Assembly: GCF_042680725.1 (NCBI RefSeq)
Contig: NZ_JBHUEK010000017.1
Span: forward strand, 23,834 to 47,833
Direction of reading: 5' to 3'
From: Fredinandcohnia salidurans
GTDB lineage: Bacteria; Bacillota; Bacilli; Bacillales; Bacillaceae_L
Length of the DNA stretch: 24,000 bases
This document shows, in pieces, positions 8,406 to 17,418 of the stretch. Within the stretch, counting starts at the first letter, position 1; each line of letters opens with the position of its first letter. A program made the translations under genes and the position numbers. The notes below the pieces were generated by a model, which saw only the letters and a program-made list of their open reading frames with translations, did not search any database and was not told where the DNA came from.

Positions 8406-8915
8406 TTAGGAGTAGACGTGTTTAAATACCCAGTTTTTAAAAGATTGATATGCTTGTTCTTGTAATGGCTTTGGGTAAGACATTAATACAAGTGAAACGG
8501 GGCTTTGCCCTTCTGCAAGTGCTGGTTGAATATAACCCCTCTTACTAAGGCTAAAGCCATTTCGTTCATAAAAACCAACTCGTCGTTTTTCGATTTCCCC
8601 CTCTGGTGGTTCGATTTCAATCACGACAGGCTTTTCTTGTTGCTCGAGAAATGCTTGGAGTAGTTTCGAGCCTAAGCCACCATTGCGAAAGCTTGATTTA
8701 ACGGCAAAATGCTCCAGGAAGATAAAATCAGGTCCTTCCCATGTGGCAAAAAAAGCAGCAAGCTCATGCTCTTTTTCATAAACATATATTTTATAATGAG
8801 GATGAGAAAGTAAAGACCGTTGCATTTGGTAAGGCCTATATTCATCACTAGGGAAAGAATCTTCAAATAATTGATAAAGGTTTTCAAATTGTTCTTCTTG
8901 TAAAATCGTTAGCAT
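8406..8915 (-). CDS. GNAT-family N-acetyltransferase
   Basis: 169 aa. Acetyl-CoA-binding type motif FRNGGLGSKLLQAF. Confidence 0.8.
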   Translation of the reverse strand: MLTILQEEQFENLYQLFEDSFPSDEYRPYQMQRSLLSHPHYKIYVYEKEHELAAFFATWEGPDFIFLEHFAVKSSFRNGGLGSKLLQAFLEQQEKPVVIEIEPPEGEIEKRRVGFYERNGFSLSKRGYIQPALAEGQSPVSLVLMSYPKPLQEQAYQSFKNWVFKHVYS

Positions 8916-9026
8916 GTGGTTCTCCTTGGTGACTTGTTATTTTGTTATTATTGATGATTTTCATAGATAAATCATATCATGATGTGCATTGATTTTTATG
9001 AACACTTAGCATTAGTTGAATTAGAA

Positions 9027-9527
9027 TTATAAAACTAAAACCATTAGTTCATCGTCAAAGTATTTATCATCAACTCTTAATCCGTTTTTATCAATCCCAT
9101 AGGTTTTAAATCCTAAAGATTGATATAGATTTTTTGCAGGTTCATTACTTGAAGTTACTGTTAAATAAACTTGTTCAATCTCTTTTATTTCTTGAGCTTT
9201 TGTAATAGCTGCAGTCATTAATTGTTTAGCAATTCCAGATTTACGATTCTCTGGATACACATACATAGCAACAATGTTTGCTCTATGTTTGGTTTTGATT
9301 TTTGTTTCTAAAAGTAAAGTTACAACCCCGACAAGTTTGTTTTCAACAAAAGCTCCAAACGTAAAGATATGTTCAAAATTCAATCGGGTTTTAAAACTTT
9401 CAAGAGGATATTCCTTTTCCTCTTCATAACTGGAACTAAATGCTTCAGGGTTTGCTTTTAATGAGTCTAATCTTATTTCTCTATAAATAACTGCATCTTT
9501 GGGTTCGAGTACTTTAATTTCCATCAT
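9027..9527 (-). CDS. GNAT-family N-acetyltransferase
   Basis: 166 aa. Motif NRKSGIAKQLMTAAI, and a C-terminal NEPAKNLYQSLGF typical of the GNAT fold. Confidence 0.8.
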   Translation of the reverse strand: MMEIKVLEPKDAVIYREIRLDSLKANPEAFSSSYEEEKEYPLESFKTRLNFEHIFTFGAFVENKLVGVVTLLLETKIKTKHRANIVAMYVYPENRKSGIAKQLMTAAITKAQEIKEIEQVYLTVTSSNEPAKNLYQSLGFKTYGIDKNGLRVDDKYFDDELMVLVL

Positions 9528-9574
9528 TATTCCCCCTACTCTACTTAAACTATCTGTCCCGATTGTCTAGAAGG

Positions 9575-10084
9575 TTATTCCCTTATCTTTTCTGTGGTTC
9601 TTAACTCACTGTTTCCAGTAAGATAGATAATTGAAGCACTTTCTAAACCTTTTGCGGTGGTATTATCTACTTCAATGACAAAGGTTTTAGGAGTTGCATC
9701 AGCAGTACAGTTACCACCCTTACCTTTAAAATAAAAATTTATTTCTGTTTTATAATCATTTACGGTTGTGTCTTTTAATTTAAAAGGACAGGTTCCTGAT
9801 TCTGATATACTTACAAAATAATAATCATAACGATCGAATTCTACTTTAGGGAGTTTCTCTTCCATATTAAAGTAATCCCAAGCCTTTTTTAACTGTGTTT
9901 CACTAGTGACTCTATAAACCAAAGATTTTATATTTGGGGATTCATTGGGTCTGCTCCCAATCTCATTTATGTCCGAAGGCTCGTTCTTTTCACTTACAAT
10001 CACCTTTCCAAAATCGCTTGAACAACCTGTTAAAAGTACCATTAATAACGCAATTACCCCAAGAAAAAACTTGGTTTTTTTCAA
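9575..10084 (-). CDS. Lipoprotein of unknown function
   Basis: Signal peptide plus lipobox LLTGCSS. TTG start preceded by AAGGGGGA. Confidence 0.7.
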   Translation of the reverse strand: MKKTKFFLGVIALLMVLLTGCSSDFGKVIVSEKNEPSDINEIGSRPNESPNIKSLVYRVTSETQLKKAWDYFNMEEKLPKVEFDRYDYYFVSISESGTCPFKLKDTTVNDYKTEINFYFKGKGGNCTADATPKTFVIEVDNTTAKGLESASIIYLTGNSELRTTEKIRE

Positions 10085-10210
10085 ATTTATCCCCCTTTTT
10101 AATATCGGTATTTAAGTAGCAGAAAAGACAAAGATCCTGCCTTTTTTGTGATAGAACGGTATCCTTAGAGGATGAGCGTTGCACAAATGATAGTTCAACT
10201 ATAAGCAATC

Positions 10211-10819
10211 TTAACTATTTAAAGATTTAATGCAAATTAAACCCTTATCAACGGAAGTCTCAATATAACCAATAATCTGTTCAAGTGTAAACACTGTTAG
10301 CGGCTGCTCAAGTTCTTCCCTACCATAATCCATATCACCAATTACATAGGAAACAAGTTTTTTGATGTCGTCGGATTTTACCTCTTCCGTTTCGATGATA
10401 GTACCATTTTGACTAATTGCAGCACTTAATTGTTGAGTATAGCCATAGTAATCTAATAATTTTCCATTTAGTAATCGAAAATCGTTGTGATACCGATTGA
10501 ATATGCTCTTATCTGCCTCCATTCTGTTTTTTAACCATGGTAAATAGAAGCCTTTTAGCCAAATATCATCAGCAATTAAGTGAGTATAGTATCCCTGAAT
10601 AAAGTGGGAATCTATATTTGAGCTATATTTATGTATGAATTCTTTGTAGTCAATATACCGAGAATAGTCTTTTACATCGCCTTTGTAAAAATGAGATAAG
10701 TCTTTAGATGAAACTGCATCCGCTGCAATGCCCCCTAATAGAAATGATGATTTATCTTTTATCGATAGCTCATCTGCAATTCTATTCGCAATAACCAGGT
10801 GCATTATTCTCGAGCCCAA
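10211..10819 (-). CDS. Hypothetical protein, possibly of the zinc-dependent phospholipase C-like family
   Basis: 202 aa. The N-terminus MGSRIMHLVIANRIA ... FLLGGIAADA resembles members of that family from memory. This is not verified. Confidence 0.6.
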   Translation of the reverse strand: MGSRIMHLVIANRIADELSIKDKSSFLLGGIAADAVSSKDLSHFYKGDVKDYSRYIDYKEFIHKYSSNIDSHFIQGYYTHLIADDIWLKGFYLPWLKNRMEADKSIFNRYHNDFRLLNGKLLDYYGYTQQLSAAISQNGTIIETEEVKSDDIKKLVSYVIGDMDYGREELEQPLTVFTLEQIIGYIETSVDKGLICIKSLNS

Positions 10820-10890
10820 TTTAATCCCCCCCTTTTTGCTATACTTTTAGGTTCTTTAAGGATAATCTTAACTCCTACCTCGTTATCGAT

Positions 10891-11226
10891 TTAATATTTG
10901 TAAATATCTACTACCGGACTATAACCTGGGTTGAATGTAAATGGAAGAAAAGTTCCAAGTATCCCTATACCTTCAATTAATGTTCTCGTACCTGCATCAT
11001 CTTCAAGGATAACGCCCATCTTATTTATGAAAAAATAATCATCTATCGTTCTATGAACGACTTTTTCCTTCGAATTTTCGTACAGACAATTATCTCCAAC
11101 ACACTCTGTATCGTATTTATTCGCTAACCACTTATTAAAAGTCTCTGGTGAGGGTTTTGATAATGGTAGAACTAGAAAAAATAGAATAATAGCAAGAGTA
11201 AAGTAAATGATTCGTTTTTTCTTCAT
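10891..11226 (-). CDS. Membrane-anchored hypothetical protein
   Basis: 111 aa with an N-terminal TM or signal segment IIYFTLAIILFFLVLPL. Confidence 0.6.
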   Translation of the reverse strand: MKKKRIIYFTLAIILFFLVLPLSKPSPETFNKWLANKYDTECVGDNCLYENSKEKVVHRTIDDYFFINKMGVILEDDAGTRTLIEGIGILGTFLPFTFNPGYSPVVDIYKY

Positions 11227-11536
11227 AATTCACAACCTTATATTTAAAAAAATTACCATTAATTACATTTTACACCATGCTATTTAAGAATCCCATTAAA
11301 ACTTACAAGGACACCCGTATATACAGGAATCCCCTATAAGAAGCTTTACATTTACTCCCTTCAAAAATTTTTTTATTACAGGATTTAATGATTCATTACC
11401 AAATGTTTCAATCTTGTATTAAATATTAAAAAAGGGTACATAGGTTTCTTTTTCGTACGATTAACTTTATAATGGCGGACAAGATGATTTTTTTAGTAAA
11501 AAAATTATACTTGTTGCTTTAGGAAGGAGTTTGACT

Positions 11537-12292
11537 ATGAAAAAAATGATGTTTACACTCGTAACTGGTCTAATGGCTGTTGTTTTAGCAGCATGTGGAG
11601 GAAATGAAGAAAGTAAAGTTGATGAAAATAATGATAAACCAAAAACAGAGGAAACTGATCAGCAACAGCAAATGGAAGAAATGCAAAAGAAATTAGAAGC
11701 ACAGCAGATAGATGAAAAGAAAACGGTTGCCATCGTTAATGAAACAAAAATTTTAGGAAGCGACTATAATGGCATATTATCATCTATACAAGGAAAAATG
11801 CAGCAAATGGGACAAGATCCGACTTCTAAAGAAGCGGCAGAGCAAGTGAAAAATCAAACCATTGACAGCTTAGTGGGACAAACGCTTCTTCTTCAAGAGG
11901 CAGATAAAAAAAGCTATAAAGTTTCAGAGGCAGATATTAAGAAGCGGCTGGACGAAGTGAAAAAACAATTTAAAACAGAAGAAGAATTCGAATCCGCTCT
12001 TAAAAAATCCGGCATGGATATGAAAACTCTTGAAACTCAAATAGCTGACGGGCTTAAACTTAATCAATACGTTGAGAAAGAAATTCCTGCTGGTGAAATA
12101 ACCGATGAAGAAATTCAAAACACATATGATCAATATGCGGAACAAGGCAAGACTACTGGACAAGAAATTCCAAAGCTTGAAGAAGTAAAACCGCAAATCG
12201 AACAATCTCTTCAACAGCAAAAACAGCAAGAAAAACTCGCTCAGCATGTAGAAGAGTTAAAGAAAAATGCAAAGATCGATATTAAGATCTAA
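11537..12292 (+). CDS. Lipoprotein with a SurA N-terminal-like chaperone domain (PrsA-like, without an obvious PPIase domain)
   Basis: Lipobox LAACGG. Q/E/K-rich linker. ATG at 11537 is 7 nt after AGGAAGGAG. Confidence 0.7.
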   Translation: MKKMMFTLVTGLMAVVLAACGGNEESKVDENNDKPKTEETDQQQQMEEMQKKLEAQQIDEKKTVAIVNETKILGSDYNGILSSIQGKMQQMGQDPTSKEAAEQVKNQTIDSLVGQTLLLQEADKKSYKVSEADIKKRLDEVKKQFKTEEEFESALKKSGMDMKTLETQIADGLKLNQYVEKEIPAGEITDEEIQNTYDQYAEQGKTTGQEIPKLEEVKPQIEQSLQQQKQQEKLAQHVEELKKNAKIDIKI

Positions 12293-12329
12293 GATGTTAC
12301 ACACAAAAACTATACCCCTTTAGACGAAG

Positions 12330-12376
12330 AAGAAGATGAACTCTACTACAAACATGTAGTGTTCATCTTCTTTTTT
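12330..12376 (+). terminator. Rho-independent terminator
   Basis: AAGAAGATGAAC ... GTTCATCTTCTT with an inner ACTACA/TGTAGT stem, followed by TTTT. Confidence 0.7.
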
Positions 12377-12398
12377 ATTCGCAAATTGCTCCATTAAT

Positions 12399-12590
12399 TT
12401 ATTTGTCTTTTTTCTCTTCGTTCTTACTTATAGTTATTAGCTTCCACATAACAAAGTGAACCACCGCAAATGTAAGTAATAAATCTCGATATGGCTCATT
12501 TGTTCCTCCAATCAATGATGCCAGAATAAAGAACGATCCAAATGATATTAATAGTAGAATAGCAACATACTGTTCAATGCGTAAATTCAT
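12399..12590 (-). CDS. Small membrane protein (63 aa)
   Basis: ATG at 12590 is 8 nt after GAGGG. Two hydrophobic segments. Confidence 0.45.
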   Translation of the reverse strand: MNLRIEQYVAILLLISFGSFFILASLIGGTNEPYRDLLLTFAVVHFVMWKLITISKNEEKKDK

Positions 12591-12804
12591 TATATTTACC
12601 CTCACTTCTTAAACTAATCACCTAAGCGATCTACTAACTTATTTTCTTCAACTACTCAATATAATCCTTCTTCACTCATCTGCCCCTTTTGTTGGATACA
12701 GCGTTTTATTAAAGTAATTCACTCCCATTGTTGAAGACCACTATAGCTTCTATTAATTTTTCTAGTTTTGTAAGTAGGTAAAACTTCAATAGCTTTTTTG
12801 TAAG

Positions 12805-13122
12805 TTATATTTTCATATAATGAATGAGAAAAGAGGTTCCTATGGCTACAATGCAATATGTTAAGGCTAATTGTGTATGCCCTAGTTTATACAGCGTGTA
12901 GCTTGCAGCTAAAAATAAAAACAATTCCAAAATAATACCATAAAATCCTTGAAGTTTATATGGTGCACCTGGTGATCCCAACATAGCCCAAATAACTACC
13001 ACCACTAAGGGTATTCCAATGGCCCCGAGAAATTTCCCATGATGAAATCCCCAAAAACCGAAAATGATTAGAGCTAGAATTTCCCAAACAAACCTAATTG
13101 CCATTATTAAGAGTGTCATCAT
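12805..13122 (-). CDS. Small multi-pass membrane protein, YrdB/DUF2568-like
   Basis: Hydrophobic ORF of about 105 aa (LLIMAIRFVWEILALIIFGFWGF). The start is ambiguous between the tandem ATGs at 13122 and 13119, which follow AGAGGA. Confidence 0.55.
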   Translation of the reverse strand: MMTLLIMAIRFVWEILALIIFGFWGFHHGKFLGAIGIPLVVVVIWAMLGSPGAPYKLQGFYGIILELFLFLAASYTLYKLGHTQLALTYCIVAIGTSFLIHYMKI

Positions 13123-13275
13123 TTTCCTCTTTTCTCTTTCCTTCAAATACTATTCTAAGCAGCAAACCTTAACACATTATATGAAATTTATTAAGTAACT
13201 TTAAGATTCTCCCAAAAATAAATTTGTGTTTTTTATTCTTCAGCTAAACTGCTTCTTTAGTATAATTACTTCTAC

Positions 13276-13311
13276 AAAAAAGTGCATTAATCCTTGTTGG
13301 ATCAACGCACC
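13276..13311 (-). repeat. Conserved terminator-like hairpin element, copy 2
   Basis: Minus strand reads GGTGCGTTGATCCAACAAGGATTAATGCACTTTTTT. It starts 50 nt after the oxidoreductase stop. Confidence 0.7.
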
Positions 13312-13361
13312 TGAAAGTTAAATATTCTTTTTCTAATGAAAGAGCTTGTACTGTCCACCAA

Positions 13362-14297
13362 TTATTTAACTTTAATTACAATTTTCCCTTTGGCATGATT
13401 GGTTTCACTTAACTCATGTGCTTTTTGTAGCTCTTCTGCTGAAAAACCAAATACACTACCCACTTGAGGTTTAAGTATTCCTTTCTCAAGTAATTCGCCT
13501 AATTCACCTAGTTGTTTACCATTTGGCGTTAACCAATAAGAGCTTGCCGTTACTTGATGCTTTTCTATTAAGGCTGGATCGGGTTGTCCGGCAATCGTTA
13601 CTAATCTGCCACCAGGTTTTAATATTTTGAAGCTTTTAGTTAAAATATCGCCACCCATTGTATCAATGACCACATCATAATTACTTAATTCTTCTTCAAA
13701 TTGTTGTGCACGGTAATTAATGAATTCATCTGCACCTAGATTTTTTACATATGCTTCATTTTTCTCACTCGCTGTTGTAGCAACATAGGCACCAAGATGT
13801 TTTGCCATTTGAATGGCCAAACTACCTACACCACCAGCTCCAGAGTGTATGAGCACTTTATCTCCTTGCTTGACTTTTGTTTTATCCACTAAACACTGCC
13901 AAGCGGTTAGCCCTGCTAATGGAATAGAGGCAGCCTCTTCAAATGTTAAGTTACTAGGCTTTTTGGCAAGCAATTCTTCATCCACAACTGTATATTCCGC
14001 ATATGTACCTCTTGGGGTTGTATCCGGTCGTGCAAAAACTTCATCCCCAACCTGAAAATCCTTCACTTCATCTCCAACTTCAACTATCTTACCAGCCACA
14101 TCCCAGCCAAGAATAATAGGGAATGCCCAATCAAGCATTCCCTTCAGATACCCCGCACGAAGCTTCCAATCAATTGGATTAATGGAGGTTGCATACACCT
14201 CAACAAGTACTTGGTTTGGTTTTATTTCTGGTTTCGGTAGCTCCTGCTCTACTAACACATCTTTACTACCATATTCATTTATGATAATCGCACGCAT
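13362..14297 (-). CDS. NAD(P)H-dependent oxidoreductase, MDR superfamily (quinone oxidoreductase / zinc-type alcohol dehydrogenase-like)
   Basis: Rossmann motif HSGAGGVGSLAIQ, and N-terminal GroES-like fold sequences. ATG at 14297 (MRAIIINEYG) is 8 nt after AAGGGAG. Confidence 0.85.
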   Translation of the reverse strand: MRAIIINEYGSKDVLVEQELPKPEIKPNQVLVEVYATSINPIDWKLRAGYLKGMLDWAFPIILGWDVAGKIVEVGDEVKDFQVGDEVFARPDTTPRGTYAEYTVVDEELLAKKPSNLTFEEAASIPLAGLTAWQCLVDKTKVKQGDKVLIHSGAGGVGSLAIQMAKHLGAYVATTASEKNEAYVKNLGADEFINYRAQQFEEELSNYDVVIDTMGGDILTKSFKILKPGGRLVTIAGQPDPALIEKHQVTASSYWLTPNGKQLGELGELLEKGILKPQVGSVFGFSAEELQKAHELSETNHAKGKIVIKVK

Positions 14298-14447
14298 GAG
14301 TAGCACTCCCTTTTACAAAATGTATTTAAGCTTAGTATTTGTTTCTTCCTGCGAAGTCATTCCTTCCCTTCAGAGTCTGATAAATTAAGATTTATAAAAA
14401 GAGGTGCCGCGGCTCCTTCCTTTGTAAGAAAAATATTTTTATTTATA

Positions 14448-14801
14448 TTAAACCTTCTCAAATTCACCACGAACAACTCGGCTCATATCAATAACTTGAA
14501 TCATTTCATTATATAATTCTTCAATTCGCATATCCGAATCAACTTTTTCCATAACCATATCGTGATGATGTTTATTGTTAAATGTAGAAACTGAGCACAT
14601 CAACGTTTCATTTTCATGCAATTCTACCGATGCCTCCATCCCTTTACAACCATAGATAGCATCAATAAAAGTGCTCTGGAACGTCTCATCTTCAATAGCA
14701 CCATATTCCTTATAAATAAGAGCTGCCATTTTGTTAATCTCTATAAATCTATCCTTTTTATGTTTCAGGACTGGGTTTGAACCTCTCATGACTAAAGTCA
14801 C
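14448..14801 (-). CDS. DUF1428 (YbaA-like) family protein
   Basis: 117 aa. PVLKHKKDRFIEINKMAALIYKEYGAI aligns by eye with the YbaA-type N-terminus. GTG start at 14801 with a weak AGGAA RBS. Confidence 0.65.
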   Translation of the reverse strand: MTLVMRGSNPVLKHKKDRFIEINKMAALIYKEYGAIEDETFQSTFIDAIYGCKGMEASVELHENETLMCSVSTFNNKHHHDMVMEKVDSDMRIEELYNEMIQVIDMSRVVRGEFEKV

Positions 14802-14805
14802 GAGA

Positions 14806-14990
14806 TTCCTAAGTATGGAAACCTATTGGTTCCTAGTTGATTAGGCTATCCCCACAGTTCCTGCGGTTAATCGCAACGCTTCATTGCGAAGATTGATACT
14901 TGCGTTAAAGTCACGTTGGTGATGGCATTTACACGACGGGCATGTCCATTCACGTAATTCAAGATTTTTAACGTCTTTATGCTGATGACC
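14806..14990 (-). ncRNA. Predicted TnpB guide RNA (omega RNA / reRNA) spanning the tnpB 3' end and the right end of the element
   Basis: The position is inferred from known TnpB biology. Hairpins are visible at 14871-14889 (TCGCAA-CGCTTCA-TTGCGA) and 14817-14833. The extents are guesses. Confidence 0.3.
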
Positions 14991-16013
14991 ACAATTTGAA
15001 CATAGTTGGCTGGAAGCAAAGTTTTTCGCTGCTATTACCACTTGTTTTCCATACCACTTTGCTTTGTATTCCAGCATTCTTCTGAATTGAGACCATGATA
15101 CTTCACTTATCGCTTTTGCAAGATTGCCATTTTTGAGCATGTTGCTTACGGACAAATCCTCAATCCCAATGATGTCGTGGCTTTTGACAATATTGGTTGA
15201 GATTTTATTAAGCATATCCTTTCTTGCATTCGTGATTTTCTCATGGATTCTAGCGACTTTCATCCGTTGTTTATTCCAATTTGAAGATCCAATATGTCGC
15301 CTCGATAGAATACGTTGTTCTTTCGCCAATTTTTCTTCTAATGTGCGGAAAAACTTTGGATTTTCGTATACTTTACCATCTGAAAGTGTGGCAAAATCTT
15401 TAAGACCTACATCAATTCCAACTGCTGATCCCGTTTTGTCTAACGGTTGCACTTCCATCTCCGTTAAAATAGATACAAAGTATTTTCCACTCGGATTACG
15501 TCTAATCGTTGCGTTCATGATCCGCCCTTGAACTTCTCGACTTTTCGCAAAGCGAATAAGTCCTAGTTTAGGAAGTTTGATATGTTTATCCAACACGTCA
15601 ATATTTCCATTTACACATTTCGTTGTGTAAGATTGAACAGGATTTTTTTTCGATTTGAAACGAGGTTCATCATTTTGCTTTTTGTAATATCGAGTGTAGG
15701 CATCGTTTACAATTTCAACTGATTTTTGAAGGGCAATACTATCTACTTCTTTCAAGAACGGATAATGTTTTTTCAATTCTCGAACCTCTTTGATCGATTT
15801 GTTTTTATTGAAAAATTCACCCTTCCAATTATTTTGAGGAAGCTGACCGTTCTGAACCATTTCATTCACAATATACCAATATGCATCTCTATCTTTTTGT
15901 TTACCCACAAAATAATTGTAGACAAACCGACTACATCCAATGGTTTTATTAATGAATGTAGTTTGGTATTGATTTGGATAGATACGGAATTTAAAAGCCT
16001 TTTTCACCATCAT
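14841..16013 (-). CDS. tnpB: TnpB (IS605 OrfB) RuvC-like RNA-guided DNA endonuclease
   Basis: 390 aa. RuvC motifs GIDVGLKDF (D), IGIEDLS (E) and RDFNASINL (D). Zinc finger CSNCGH ... CPSCKCHH. No frameshift or internal stop. Confidence 0.92.
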   Translation of the reverse strand: MMVKKAFKFRIYPNQYQTTFINKTIGCSRFVYNYFVGKQKDRDAYWYIVNEMVQNGQLPQNNWKGEFFNKNKSIKEVRELKKHYPFLKEVDSIALQKSVEIVNDAYTRYYKKQNDEPRFKSKKNPVQSYTTKCVNGNIDVLDKHIKLPKLGLIRFAKSREVQGRIMNATIRRNPSGKYFVSILTEMEVQPLDKTGSAVGIDVGLKDFATLSDGKVYENPKFFRTLEEKLAKEQRILSRRHIGSSNWNKQRMKVARIHEKITNARKDMLNKISTNIVKSHDIIGIEDLSVSNMLKNGNLAKAISEVSWSQFRRMLEYKAKWYGKQVVIAAKNFASSQLCSNCGHQHKDVKNLELREWTCPSCKCHHQRDFNASINLRNEALRLTAGTVGIA

Positions 16014-16022
16014 TTCTTCTAT

Positions 16023-16424
16023 TCATCTCACTTTTTGATTTTGAATGTATAGCCGAATCTGTGCTTCCGTATAATCGCTTACAGTAGCGACGAAGTATGA
16101 TGGATTCCAAAGATGACCACCCCATAGTTTCTTCTTTAAACCTGGGAATTCTTTAAATAGTAATCTTGCAGATACGCCTTTTAATGATTTAATCATCGTT
16201 GGGATAGAATGTTGCGGTGTGCAATCAATTAACAGATGAACATGGTCACAATCGGTTTCTATTTCCAATATGGAAAATCCGTTATCAATTGCAATTTGAT
16301 GTAGCATTTCTTTCAATCTTACATCTACTTCCCCCATTAAAACTTTATAACGATACTTGACGCACCATACAATATGGTATTGGATGGAGTACACATACCC
16401 TCTACCACGGTAAACTTTAGCCAT
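16023..16424 (-). CDS. tnpA: IS200/IS605-family Y1 (HUH) transposase TnpA
   Basis: HUH motif HVHLLI, and a C-terminal catalytic Tyr region (EAQIRLYIQNQ). ATG at 16424 is 6 nt after GAGGTG. The track's 21-aa N-terminal extension is unlikely to be real. Confidence 0.9.
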   Translation of the reverse strand: MAKVYRGRGYVYSIQYHIVWCVKYRYKVLMGEVDVRLKEMLHQIAIDNGFSILEIETDCDHVHLLIDCTPQHSIPTMIKSLKGVSARLLFKEFPGLKKKLWGGHLWNPSYFVATVSDYTEAQIRLYIQNQKVR

Positions 16425-16670
16425 ATGTTTCACCTCAACAATATGATAACATATGTCATGAGGGTTTATGGGCAAATATACTACCATATTAGCGTTTTGC
16501 TATAATTTTATATTAAACATATGTCAGATAGTTAACATGGTATAAGCCATGCCCTATCCGAAGCCGATTCATCTCATTCTGCTTTTCCCATCTCACAAAC
16601 AAAGCTACTTGGCCCTGAACGCAGCCCGTAACAATAGCGGCTTTCCTTTCCCTTCCGTTAAATGGATATA

Positions 16671-17363
16671 CTACTTAATAGACTTATCGTCGTTAAATAA
16701 TAGTTGATCTAACATAGTTGAAAATTGTGCCGCAACGAGTGCTGCACCCGTACTATTTAAATGAATGCCGTCTAATGTTAAGTGAAGTCCTCGTTTTTTT
16801 GATAACCGTTCAATACTAGTTGGAGTTTTATAGAAGAGAACATCCACCATCACTCTCATAACGTTGATACTGAGGTAATCTGAACTAGTGACGTTAGAAA
16901 GGTGTTTCGCGAATACGGAATGCAAGTCTAAGAAACTTACATTTGGATGGTCTCTTGAGAGGGATTCGATGGTGGAAGATATGTTTTTTATTTCATTTTC
17001 ATTTTGTGTAGTTTCACCCACTAAAGCTGGCGAAACTGTGACTACTTGTTTAGTAGATGAAAGAGCCATTTCTAATACTTTGTTATAATACTCCCTAAAT
17101 TCCTCGATATCTTTTGAAACAGGCTGTGCTTGGACTTTCAACAATTTGGAATAAACATCATTGACTCCAATCCAAAGGAAAATAAGATCATAGTTTGTTT
17201 CTAATTTTGTTTTGGTTAAACGGGCATGCAAACTTTTAACTGTTTCACCTGGTTTGCCAAGATTATCAAATGAAATACTTGGATAGTTTTCTTTTAAAAT
17301 CTCCACAAAAGATACTCCAGGACGACCTTCAGTTAAACTATCACCTATCAGTCCAATTTTCAT
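16671..17363 (-). CDS. SGNH/GDSL-family hydrolase (lipase/esterase)
   Basis: Block I GDSLTEG, block III GVNDV, block V DGIHLN. RBS AAAGGAGGAA. Confidence 0.88.
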   Translation of the reverse strand: MKIGLIGDSLTEGRPGVSFVEILKENYPSISFDNLGKPGETVKSLHARLTKTKLETNYDLIFLWIGVNDVYSKLLKVQAQPVSKDIEEFREYYNKVLEMALSSTKQVVTVSPALVGETTQNENEIKNISSTIESLSRDHPNVSFLDLHSVFAKHLSNVTSSDYLSINVMRVMVDVLFYKTPTSIERLSKKRGLHLTLDGIHLNSTGAALVAAQFSTMLDQLLFNDDKSIK

Positions 17364-17418
17364 GGTTTAGTTCCTCCTTTTCTATTAAACATACATCAGG
17401 TATAATTCTATGATTCTA

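Larger units (their letters stand above)
14806..16627 (-). mobile_element. IS200/IS605-family insertion sequence (tnpA plus tnpB); the ends are approximate
   Basis: Adjacent co-oriented Y1 transposase and TnpB genes. Imperfect subterminal hairpin GGAAAC-CTATT-GGTTCC at 14817-14833 just past the tnpB stop. The true ends are bounded only by the neighbouring genes (14802 and 16670). A TTAC at 16628-16631 (minus strand) is one candidate left-end target site. Confidence 0.85.

Noticed and set aside
14396-14424. Possible terminator after the DUF1428 gene (GGAGCCGCGGCACC followed by a T-run on the minus strand).
   Set aside because: The stem has only 4-5 usable base pairs, a central mismatch and a very tight loop. 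That is not strong enough to list as a feature.
1995-16052. Assorted antisense or overlapping track ORFs: 1995-2189, 2040-2318, 2299-2547, 3538-3801, 4837-5073, 5118-5306, 5957-6217, 8672-8887, 9934-10119, 9990-10208, 11924-12247, 13813-14055, 14182-14388, 15124-15531 and 15726-16052.
   Set aside because: Each is embedded in, or antisense to, a longer ORF with clear family motifs. They show low-complexity or skewed composition and no RBS.
16425-16487. The track's N-terminal extension of tnpA.
   Set aside because: The ATG at 16424 has a GAGGTG RBS and gives the usual ~133-aa IS200-type transposase.
16511-16546. Similarity of about 20 nt between TATTAAACATATGTCAGATA upstream of tnpA and TATTAAACATACATCAGGTA (17382-17401) upstream of the SGNH hydrolase gene.
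   Set aside because: There are only 17 identities over 20 AT-rich positions. That is too short to distinguish from chance without genome-wide statistics.
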